In this document: in pieces, positions 25,936 through 34,600 of the stretch
Layout: each line of letters opens with the position of its first letter
How positions within the stretch are numbered: the first letter of the stretch is position 1
Assembly: GCA_019307665.1 (NCBI GenBank)
Contig: JAFDJC010000002.1
Location: 1 to 41,820 of the forward strand
Reading direction: 5' to 3'
DNA: 41,820 nt
From: Deltaproteobacteria bacterium
GTDB taxonomy: Bacteria > Desulfobacterota > Desulfobacteria > Desulfobacterales > SURF-7
Notes under the pieces: generated by a model
What the model was told of the DNA's origin: nothing
What the model saw: the letters and a program-made list of their open reading frames with translations, nothing else
The model's database searches: none
Made by a program: the position numbers and the translations under genes

Positions 25936-27246
25936 ATGATTAAAAAGCTCATTATTATAGCTGTTGCCTTTTTCCTCTGCTCCTGTTCCATGCAGCAGCA
26001 TTATTCAAAGATAGATACAATAATTAAGTCCGGCGAGTGTGATCGCGCTGTTGATTTAATGGCTGAGAGCAAAAGCAGCTATGGAAATAATGCCAGGCTC
26101 ATTTTTCTCATGGATTCTGCTATGGTTCATCTGGAATGTGGCAATTACGACCAGGCAAACAAATTTTTCCATGAAGCTGAAGCGCTTGGAGAAAAGCTGT
26201 GGACAGAAAGCTTGAGCCGACATGCAATATCATTTGTTTCCAATGATCTTGTTCTTCCATATGCCGGAGAAGATTTTGAAAGAGCGCTCATTAACCTTTT
26301 TTCCGCTTTATGCTATCTCAGGGTAGGTGAATACGATGAAGCTCTTGTAGAGTGCAGAAGGCTTGACACCTTGCTTTCCGGGTACAACACGGAATACAAT
26401 GACAAAAATATATACAAGGAAGATGCTTTTGGAAGATATATAAGCGGCCTAATTCATGAAGCAGCAGGAGAGCTGGATGATGCGTATATAGATTATTATA
26501 ATGCTTTCATGGTTTACTCAAAAGATTACACAACTTCATATAATACCAGCCCTCCTTCTTTTCTTGCGGAAGATCTGCTAAGAACAGCTGATAAGGTTGA
26601 CAGATTTGATGAGGCGAAACGCCTTGTACCGAACTATTTGACTAAAAAATATCGGCCTGAGGCCTTACCAAAAAATACCGGCAAGGTTGTTTTAATTCAT
26701 CTAAACGGTAAATCACCTGTAAAAAAAGAAAATAAAATTGTTGTGCCCACCCCTTCCGGCCCCATCGGAATTGCATTCCCGAAATATGTTGTAAATACTC
26801 CCGAATGCAGGAGCAGCCGACTTATACTGAAATCAGGGTCGAAAACCTTTAAAGTGAATTCAGAAATTGCGCAGAATATTAATAGCATAGCTGTAAAAAG
26901 CCTGGATGACCGCAAAGTAAGGGTGATCGCAAAAACAATCGCCAGGGCCGTGGCAAAACAGCTGGCCATAAAAACGATAAGTGCAGCGGCTACTGACAAG
27001 CACGACAAAAGCAACAGGCGTCTTGTTGAGTTTTTTTTAAATACAGCCAACACGCTTCTGCTTGAAAGAGCTGATACCAGAACATGGCGAACGCTCCCCG
27101 GAGAAATTTATATCTGTCGCATTTTTGTACCGGAAGGAGATTATACCGCGTATATAAAAAAGTGTGGCGGAACACCGGCAAAAATAGAACAGGTTCGTAT
27201 TAAAGCAGGTGAAACTAGATTTCTGCTGTTCAATTCAATTTATTAG
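25936..27246 (+). CDS. large lipoprotein with N-terminal TPR-like region (COG3014-like, function unknown)
   Basis: Signal plus lipobox MIKKLIIIAVAFFLCSC from ATG 25936; the track start at 25897 is a TTG. The N-terminal half is helical and repeat-like (GNYDQANKFFHEAEALGE...GEYDEALVECRRLD). Confidence 0.75.
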   Translation: MIKKLIIIAVAFFLCSCSMQQHYSKIDTIIKSGECDRAVDLMAESKSSYGNNARLIFLMDSAMVHLECGNYDQANKFFHEAEALGEKLWTESLSRHAISFVSNDLVLPYAGEDFERALINLFSALCYLRVGEYDEALVECRRLDTLLSGYNTEYNDKNIYKEDAFGRYISGLIHEAAGELDDAYIDYYNAFMVYSKDYTTSYNTSPPSFLAEDLLRTADKVDRFDEAKRLVPNYLTKKYRPEALPKNTGKVVLIHLNGKSPVKKENKIVVPTPSGPIGIAFPKYVVNTPECRSSRLILKSGSKTFKVNSEIAQNINSIAVKSLDDRKVRVIAKTIARAVAKQLAIKTISAAATDKHDKSNRRLVEFFLNTANTLLLERADTRTWRTLPGEIYICRIFVPEGDYTAYIKKCGGTPAKIEQVRIKAGETRFLLFNSIY

Positions 27247-27278
27247 TACCTTAGAAATTATCCGGCTCGGCTGGGTTA
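27242..27278 (+). repeat. intercistronic structured repeat, short copy
   Basis: ATTAGTACCTTAGAAATTAT-CCGGCTCGGCTGGGTTA. This matches 19816..19897 apart from one substitution and the absence of the 45-nt insert. It also starts at the upstream gene's TAG. Confidence 0.6.
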
Positions 27279-27304
27279 AGTTGGTTTTTTCCAAAGGAGA
27301 TAAC

Positions 27305-28303
27305 ATGGTCGAAAGGTGTCTGTTGTTTATTATGGTTTTTTTCGTTTCCCTATTTTGCACAATAGGTTGCGCAACCTCGGATTCTGATGTTGCTGAACCC
27401 AAAAAAACTATTGATTTTTCCTCTGAACGCTATCTCACCGCAACCGGAATTGGTCAAACTGATGCGGAAGCCAGAAGAATGGCAAAGGCTGAAATGTCTG
27501 CAATCTTTGAATCAAAAATTGAAAGCCAAATAGATTCCAGTGTCAAATTGATTACCGATTTGGAAGAAAACGAAGATGTAAAGAAAAAGACAGAAGCAAA
27601 TATTAAAATAAAATCAAGCGTTCAACTGCAGGGAGTAGAAATAAAACAAAACTGGTATGATGAAAAAAGCCGTTTGTACTATGCTAAGGCTGTACTCGAT
27701 AAATACATGGCTCGTGAACAGTGGAGTGACAGATTAACTAATCTGGAAAGTGATGTTGATGCTAAATTTGAACGTCTCGCAAAAACAAAAAGCCTTCTTC
27801 TTAGACTTGAGTCTTTAAAAAGACTTTATAACCTTATGATTGAAAAAGAAACAATAATAAACAGGTTAAGGGTTATAGGGTTTCCTGCTATAAGTTTGCC
27901 TGAATACAATGCTGGTTCCACAATGGAAATGGTAATGGATATCAAGACAAAAATGCTGATTCATATTGATGTTAACGGGCATCAGGCCAAGGAAGTTGTT
28001 GGAAAAATCTCGGAAAGCCTTACCGAAAAAGGATATAAACTAACACCCTCCAAACAAAATGCAGATGTTCTGATCACAGGTACTGTAAAAACCGAACCGG
28101 TCATACTCGATAATGCCGAATGGGAATTCTCAAGGGCAACCGTCTCAATAACTGTCAGTGACCAGCCATCCAACAGTGAAGTGATAAAAATCAATAAAAA
28201 TGTTCGAAAAGGGCATATAAACTATTCCGAAGCTTCAAGGAAAGCGGCTATTTCTGCCGCCCAAAAGGTTTCTGAAGAAATTGTTGAATATTTCGGAATT
28301 TAA
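27305..28303 (+). CDS. LPP20/FlgP-family lipoprotein with C-terminal extension
   Basis: AAGGAG-N5-ATG at 27305 with lipobox LFCTIGC. YLTATGIGQTDAEARRMAKAEMSAIFESKIESQIDSSV...VQLQGVEIKQNWYDEKSRLYYAKAVL is the LPP20 pattern. Confidence 0.7.
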   Translation: MVERCLLFIMVFFVSLFCTIGCATSDSDVAEPKKTIDFSSERYLTATGIGQTDAEARRMAKAEMSAIFESKIESQIDSSVKLITDLEENEDVKKKTEANIKIKSSVQLQGVEIKQNWYDEKSRLYYAKAVLDKYMAREQWSDRLTNLESDVDAKFERLAKTKSLLLRLESLKRLYNLMIEKETIINRLRVIGFPAISLPEYNAGSTMEMVMDIKTKMLIHIDVNGHQAKEVVGKISESLTEKGYKLTPSKQNADVLITGTVKTEPVILDNAEWEFSRATVSITVSDQPSNSEVIKINKNVRKGHINYSEASRKAAISAAQKVSEEIVEYFGI

Positions 28304-28325
28304 CAATATGGCTTTAAGTCGTATT

Positions 28326-28356
28326 AAAAAGGCAGGGATATCGTCCCTGCCTTTTT
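28326..28356. terminator. bidirectional intrinsic terminator
   Basis: AAAAA-GGCAGGGA-tatcg-TCCCTGCC-TTTTT lies between the convergent LPP20-like gene and hsp20. Confidence 0.8.
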
Positions 28357-28374
28357 AATGATTTTACTATTGGC

Positions 28375-28818
28375 TTAGCTTTTTACTTCTATCTTCTTTG
28401 GTGCAACCGCTTCTGTTTTCGGAAGAGTTATCTTCAGCACGCCGTCTTTATAGTTTGCCTCAATTTTATTATTTTCAATTTCTGATGGCAGCCTGAATGA
28501 TCTGGTGAATGATCCGTAGCAGCTTTCTCGCCTGTGAAAATTTTCACTCTTTTCATCATTTTCTAATTTTTTTTCACCTTTGATTGTCAAAAGGCCTTCT
28601 GACAAAGTAATATCAATGTCTTTTTTGTCAATGCCCGGTACTTCAGCCCTTACCAAAAACTCTTTTTCATTTTCTGCAACGTCAATGTTCGGCTCCCATT
28701 GTGTATTTTTACTATAAAGTTGAGGAGCCGCAAAACCATCAAGAACACTGTCAAAAAAATTTAATTCAGGCAGATCAAAAAGTCTGTTTGTTCTAAATGT
28801 AGGCAGTAAAGTTCTCAT
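28375..28818 (-). CDS. small heat-shock protein, Hsp20/alpha-crystallin family
   Basis: 147 aa. VDVAENEKEFLVRAEVPGIDKKDIDITLSEGLLTIKGEKK...GSFTRSFRLPSEIE...ANYKDGVLKITLPK. Confidence 0.92.
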   Translation of the reverse strand: MRTLLPTFRTNRLFDLPELNFFDSVLDGFAAPQLYSKNTQWEPNIDVAENEKEFLVRAEVPGIDKKDIDITLSEGLLTIKGEKKLENDEKSENFHRRESCYGSFTRSFRLPSEIENNKIEANYKDGVLKITLPKTEAVAPKKIEVKS

Positions 28819-28909
28819 GATTCTCCCTCCTTATCTATCTGTTTTACTTAAGCTTTTATTGTTAAGTTTACTTTTTTTCTTTACTTTAAATTAATCATTT
28901 CCTGCTACT

Positions 28910-28969
28910 AGTCAAGCATGTGCAGCAAAAAAAATCAGAAAAGTTTTTTTGCTGCACATTTACTTGACT
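28910..28969. promoter_or_regulatory. 60-nt near-perfect palindrome upstream of hsp20
   Basis: agtcaag-c-atgtgcagcaaaaaaa ... tttttttgctgcacat-tta-cttgact. On the hsp20 strand the distal arm supplies a TTGACT hexamer. Confidence 0.45.
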
Positions 28970-29078
28970 TGATTATAAATGCCCTTATATTAATAAATTG
29001 TTTACCGCTGGGTATGAACTGGAGGGACATCAAACATCTTACCGATCATAAATAAAACCAATACTGAAGCCAATGTGC

Positions 29079-29390
29079 TTAGTGACCGGGGTTTTTGCTT
29101 ATTTTCTTCCAGGCTTCCATGACTTTTTCTCTGACTGCCTCCTCGTCAATAAAACTTTCACTTTTTGAATACCTGGAAAGACTGGTTATCTGTATGTATC
29201 TCGGAGGAAGAGAATTCATGGCAAGCGCAAAAACATCCTCAATGCATAACGAACAACGACACAATGACACATCGCTTTTTAGCGCTTCTCTTATCATTTT
29301 AAGCACAAGGTACTCATTGAAGTTGATCACATCCCGCAAAGAACATCCTTCTATTTCATAGTCCATCTCATCTCTGTTCAATACCTGCAT
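29079..29390 (-). CDS. ComFB-family protein
   Basis: NFNEYLVLKMIREAL...VSLCRCSLCIEDVFALAMNSLPPRYIQ matches the ComFB C-x-C-x2-C plus LN-x-LPP-x-Y signature. ATG 29390 is preferred because the longer track ORF adds a junk-like N-terminus. Confidence 0.7.
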   Translation of the reverse strand: MQVLNRDEMDYEIEGCSLRDVINFNEYLVLKMIREALKSDVSLCRCSLCIEDVFALAMNSLPPRYIQITSLSRYSKSESFIDEEAVREKVMEAWKKISKNPGH

Positions 29391-29473
29391 GATACTATTC
29401 CTGTTCAGCTTGTTAATAGTGACAATCTCGTAAAAAATCAATTTGGGATGGCAAAGTAAACAGTTTAAGATCA

Positions 29474-29576
29474 AGGCGTCGCAAATCCCGAGGAATGAGG
29501 CGTACTTATCGTACGCCGCAGTGACGAGGGATGCAGCGCAACGCAGATATTGGACTTTTTACAAAGCCATCAATAG
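29474..29576. repeat. palindromic intergenic element, half-copy related to 7934..8126
   Basis: The reverse strand contains cgtcactgcggcg (copy 1 has cgtcactccggcg). There is an internal hairpin ggcgtac-ttatc-gtacgcc and a terminal ggactttttacaaagccatc arm resembling tttttacaagattatc in copy 1. It abuts the KamA-like stop codon. Confidence 0.5.
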
Positions 29577-31435
29577 TAATACCAAATGGATTTATAGTCT
29601 GACATTTCCTCTCCGTCGGCTTTAAGCCTTTTCAAATAATCGTAAATGGACACATCTGTATAAAGGTAAGTATCTACCAGTGACAGTTTTTTCTCCCATG
29701 GGTGGAACTCGTATATACGTCTGCCATCGGGAAGGATTGAAATAACATCATGATGCTGTGAGGCGTCAAGGTAATTTTTCCCCAGTCCCGGCACATTGAA
29801 AACAACAGCGTCAGTCCTGACCGTTCCAGGCATGAGACGTGCTTCCTCTTTCTGTTCCTGAAGCAGTCTTGAAATCGGAACCTGATAGTCTTTTGTCTCT
29901 TCTTTACCTTTTGTGTTGAATGTATAGTAGGGGATGACACCTATGAGCCTCAAGTGCTGGCGAAGAGAGACCGCTTCAAATTTTTTTGAGTTAAAATATG
30001 TGTATACGAGCTGATTATACACTTCCATACCATACCTTCGAAATTTTTGAACTGCTTCCATTGCTTGTGGTGTAATCTCATAAGGATGCTCAAAGTGGGT
30101 AATGATGACCATTTCTCTTTTTCCCGGGATATGGAAACGGTTTACAGCCTTGACAATGGTGTCCGTAATTCTTTGTGGCAGGGTGACGGGCGTTCTTGTT
30201 CCGATCCGTATCCTTTTGATGTTGGGATTCTTTGCAACCTGCGAAAGAATGTATTCAAGTCTTTTGTTGGAAAGCAGCATCGGATCTCCGCCGGTAATAA
30301 GCACCTCATTGATTTCAGGGGTGTTTTCGATCCATTCAATTGCTTTATCAAGCTTGTCCCTGACAAGGACGGCTGAACGAGAGTACGTATCTTCTATCTC
30401 CCAGTTTCTCTGGCAGTATACACATATTTGGGGACAGGTTAATATCGGTTTCAGAATAACAATGTTTGGATAGCGACGGGTGACGCCATCGATTGGAGAC
30501 GTATCATGCTCCAGCATAAAATCCATGAATGACTCGGGCTCATCCTTTTGCTCTTTAAGTTTTTTAACATAGTGCATGCTGGGTATGACCTGCGCCCGTA
30601 TTGCCGCGTCAGTTTTGCCGTTGGCAGTATTGTCCATCAGAGAAAGGTAATATGGCGTGATACCGAATGCGATTTTGTATTCCGAGGCAAGCTTGACTGC
30701 TGCATATTCTTCATCAGTAATCTCAACAAGCTTGCTTAGGGTTTCCGCATCTCGAATTACATTGCCGGCATGCCATTTCCATTTTTCCCACTCCAGATCA
30801 GTCGCCTTAAAGTACTTCATGATTCTGGCTTTATTTAGACTTCTCCTTTGAATCGCGTTATCGTCTAAGCCGCATGGGTAACGATCGATCTTTTTCTTTG
30901 CCTTTCTGGCCATTCTTGACAGATCCGAAGACCTGTACCTTGCGGCTTTGCGCCCTTTATATTTTAAAAAAGCCGGTATGCTTTCCTGATACACTTCAGT
31001 TGTTCCTGTTACACCCTTAACAAGGTGATCTATTTCAGCAAAAAAACCCGGCAAAGGAGTTTCAAGACTCTCCGGATCATCAGAGTGCAGGAGGTCGTTC
31101 ATATATTTCAGCAAGCTATGCCCTGTAAGTTTTTCGTTTCTTATGGAGCAGAGATTTTTCCAGACCCTGACCACATCATGCATCAGTACCCATTCAAGGG
31201 ATGGAATGTCCGGGTTGTCTTCAAACAACGTCACAAGCGTATTGCTAATGAATTGTCTGATTCTGTTTCTCTTTTTTTCTAAAGTTGCGCCGGAAATAAA
31301 GATTTCCTTAAGTTCAGGCGCGTGGGATAGAATATTAATAAGTTTTTCTCTCTGTTTTTTAATATGCATTTTCATCCATTGTGTTTTATTGGGTTTATAA
31401 AATTCCATTATGCCGAAATATTTAAAATATATCAA
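29570..31435 (-). CDS. KamA-family (lysine 2,3-aminomutase-like) radical SAM protein with an N-terminal extension of about 210 aa
   Basis: 621 aa. The canonical KamA core begins near DLEWEKWKWHAGNVI...FGITPYYLSLMD...RAQVIPS...DTSPIDGVTRRYPNIVILKPILTCPQICVYCQRNW (CX3CX2C)...ITGGDPMLL...NQLVY...VIPYYTF. The start is uncertain: TTG 31435 or ATG 31408. Confidence 0.85.
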   Translation of the reverse strand: MIYFKYFGIMEFYKPNKTQWMKMHIKKQREKLINILSHAPELKEIFISGATLEKKRNRIRQFISNTLVTLFEDNPDIPSLEWVLMHDVVRVWKNLCSIRNEKLTGHSLLKYMNDLLHSDDPESLETPLPGFFAEIDHLVKGVTGTTEVYQESIPAFLKYKGRKAARYRSSDLSRMARKAKKKIDRYPCGLDDNAIQRRSLNKARIMKYFKATDLEWEKWKWHAGNVIRDAETLSKLVEITDEEYAAVKLASEYKIAFGITPYYLSLMDNTANGKTDAAIRAQVIPSMHYVKKLKEQKDEPESFMDFMLEHDTSPIDGVTRRYPNIVILKPILTCPQICVYCQRNWEIEDTYSRSAVLVRDKLDKAIEWIENTPEINEVLITGGDPMLLSNKRLEYILSQVAKNPNIKRIRIGTRTPVTLPQRITDTIVKAVNRFHIPGKREMVIITHFEHPYEITPQAMEAVQKFRRYGMEVYNQLVYTYFNSKKFEAVSLRQHLRLIGVIPYYTFNTKGKEETKDYQVPISRLLQEQKEEARLMPGTVRTDAVVFNVPGLGKNYLDASQHHDVISILPDGRRIYEFHPWEKKLSLVDTYLYTDVSIYDYLKRLKADGEEMSDYKSIWYYY

Positions 31436-31488
31436 GGTAAGATATTTTTAAACAAATTCAGATCGTTGTGCAAATCTCGTTTATCTCC

Positions 31489-31506
31489 AAATATCTCGAG
31501 ATATTT
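31489..31506. promoter_or_regulatory. perfect 18-bp palindrome in the divergent intergenic region
   Basis: AAATATCTCGAGATATTT is its own reverse complement. It lies 54 nt from the KamA-like TTG start codon (31435..31433). Confidence 0.45.
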
Positions 31507-31528
31507 CTTGATAAATTTATTATCTGTG

Positions 31529-31568
31529 GTATCAATCTCTTGACACTAAGGATTGATACGATTATTAA
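31529..31568 (+). promoter_or_regulatory. sigma70-like promoter (TTGACA-17 nt-TATTAA) overlapped by the inverted repeat GTATCAATC-N13-GATTGATAC
   Basis: TTGACA is at 31540..31545 and TATTAA at 31563..31568, 43 nt upstream of ATG 31611. The 9-bp repeat arms are at 31529..31537 and 31551..31559. Confidence 0.5.
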
Positions 31569-31610
31569 TCGCAAATAATAAACATTATAAAAGCGGGATA
31601 TTGACCGATT

Positions 31611-34600
31611 ATGTTACACTCAACCGGCAAAAGAGAGGCTGAGCGAAGATCGGCGACGGTGATGTTTGCAGATATTGTGGGGTTTACAACCATGTCTGAA
31701 AAAATGGACCCGGAAGACCTGACAAGCCTCATGAACTCATGTTTTTCAATGATGGAAAATGTGATCGATGGATTTGGCGGTGTTGTGGACAAATTTATCG
31801 GAGACTGTGTAATGGCACTCTTCGGGGTTCCATTTGCCGCAGAAAACGCAGCTCAAAGAGCGGTTAATACCGCTATCGAGTTAAAGCGACGCCTGGTGCG
31901 ATTTAACAATGAACAGGACCTGATTGTTCCCCTCGATATTCATATCGGCATAAATACAGGGGTGGTTGTGGCCGGTGGTGTCGGTGGCAGCAAAAAACGC
32001 GATTATACAGTAATGGGAGAAACGGTAAATATTGCTTCCCGACTTGAGTCAGCATCAGTAGCAGGACAGGTACTTGTTGGACCTGACACATACTCCTCAA
32101 CCCGGCATCTTTTTCGCTTCAAAGAACTCAAAGATCTGCACATTAAAGGCAAGAAGGAAATTGTTCGGATTTACGAACTTTTATCTGCACAAAAAAGCAT
32201 CTACCGGAAAGCATCCTGCCGGCAGCGTTCAATCTCTTCCCAGGTTGTTGGACGTGACAGCGAAATCGCTTTTATAGAAAACGGGCTAAAAAGCCTTTTT
32301 GCCGGCAAGGGTGGTATCATTAATCTGATCGGTGAAGCGGGCTCAGGAAAAACCAGAATTGTTCTAGAACTAAAAAACAAAACAATTATGGAAAACTTTC
32401 AGCTTCTGGAAGGGAGTGCTGTGTCCATCGGTAAAAATCTTAGGTATCACCTGTTTATAGATCTTTTACGCCATTTGCTTGGAATAACTGAAGAAGAGAC
32501 CGAAAGCGCTTCTTTAGGCAAGCTTAGAAAATTACTTGGGCCTCTATTGGCCAAAGATGCAGAAGAGGTGGTGACATTTGCGGCACTTGTAATGGGCATA
32601 AAAGTACCGGAACAACTTACCGAAAGGCTAAACGGAATCGAAGGAGAAGCCATTGAAATACTGATTAAAAAAAACATTCGGCACCTGTTGGCCAAACTTT
32701 CCAAAAAACGCCCTCTTGTTGTGTTGCTGGAAGATATTCATTGGGCTGATAAAAGCTCGACCGATCTTCTTGAATCGCTTTTGGATCTTGCGGCAACTAA
32801 AAAAATTTTTTTTATCAATGTATTTCGTCCCCTCTATTCTGAATTTTGCGACAAGTTAATAAAAAAAGGAAGGGATCTGTGGCCGACTTTGTGCAGTGAT
32901 ATAACCCTTCAACCGCTTTCCAAAAAAGCGTGCAAAATTCTTATCAGCAATCTGTTAGACACAGACCGACTGCTCAGTCATGTCCAAGAAAAAATTCTTA
33001 GCGCCGGAAGTGGAAATCCATTTTTTATTGAAGAAATACTCAGATCATTTATTGATTGCGGCGTAATTGTTAGAAAAAACGAATCATTTCAGTTAGCCGG
33101 CGGAGTCAACAATGTGACAATACCTCAGAAAGTAAGTGATGTGCTCATGGAACGGATAGACCGGCTGGACAGTCCCACAAGAGATGTTATCAGGGTTGCA
33201 TCAGTCATTGGAAAAAACTTTTTTTACAGTATTATCAGGGAGGTAATCGACAGCGACAAAGATGTTAAAAAGAGCCTGGAGAAACTAAAAGCGTCTCAGT
33301 TTATCACGAAACATTTAAAAAAAGAGGGCGTTGAATACGGCTTCAGCCATGAACTTGCAAGAGAGGCCGCCTACAAGTCAATACTGCGCCAAACCAAAAG
33401 GGCGATTCATCTTAAAACAGCTAAAGCAATAGAAACTGTTTTTGCTGAAAGGTTAAGTGAATTTTACGGTATGCTTTCTTATCATTATGGAAAGGCCGGA
33501 AATCCTGAGAATGCAGAGGCATATATGCTGAAAGCTGGTGAAGAAGCTTTAAGAACAGGCGCATCAAATGAAGCATTATACTATTACAGAAAGGCGCTCA
33601 ATATCTACCTAGTTAAATATGGGAATGCTGCTGATCCTGAAAAAAGGGCAACTCTTGAAAAAAACATTGCCTTTAGCCTTTACAGCAAAGGGCAACATGC
33701 CGAAGCAGCGGAATACTACAGGGCTCTCCTTAAATACCATGGTCTAACATTGATTGAAAATAAGGCGATCTTCATTGTCGGTTTTCTTTTCTGTTTTTTC
33801 GAATTTGTTTTAAATCTGTACCTGCCGTTTATTAAAAAAAGAAAATCTGCCTCGCCAAAAGATATTGAGTTAATAGATCTTTATTATCAAATGCTTATTT
33901 CCCTTTCGAGTTTTGATCCAAAAAAATTTTTCATGGAAGCGTTTTATTTTTCAAGATTACTTTCAAAATATGATCTTGCAACATTTAAGGGCGGGGCCGG
34001 AATGTTTGCAAGCATAGGCATGGCCCTGTCATGGTCTGCTGTGTCATTTACGCTCAGCAAGAAGATACTCGAATTTGTCATGGGGAGTGTTAGAAAGGAT
34101 GATGCGCGGTCTCTGTTATACTTTGAGGCTGCTGATTTAATGCGCTGCTATTATACAGGCGCCTGGAAAAAAGGGTATGACAAACACCTGGTGGAGCGTG
34201 GGTTAAACATAGGAGAAATAATGCACATTGCAGTATATATATCATTTCACGGCCGCATTATGATCGAGCAGGGACATTACGAGATGGCAAAAAAATTGGT
34301 TTTAAAACTTGCTTATGTCGGAAATGCTTATTCCCATGACTTTGCGCGAGCTTTGAAATATTACCTGAACACTATACTTTTACTCAAATACCGCAAGCTC
34401 CATGCTGCCCTTATTGAAGCGCAAGAGGGTATCGTTTTTATGTTAAAAAAAGACTTTAAGCAGCTTGTTGTTGTCCAGTATTCCTGCAAGGCGAAAATAC
34501 ATACACTTTTAAAGAACAGTCGGGCTGCAAAAAGGTCAATTGATGAGGCTGGATTGATTAAATCGAATGTTAGGCTGCTTCCCCCATATTTGGGCAATTA

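Noticed and set aside
28819-29078. CIRCE/HrcA operator or sigma32 promoter upstream of hsp20
   Set aside because: Neither TTAGCACTC-N9-GAGTGCTAA nor CTTGAAA/CCCCAT-type boxes are present. Only the unrelated long palindrome is reported.
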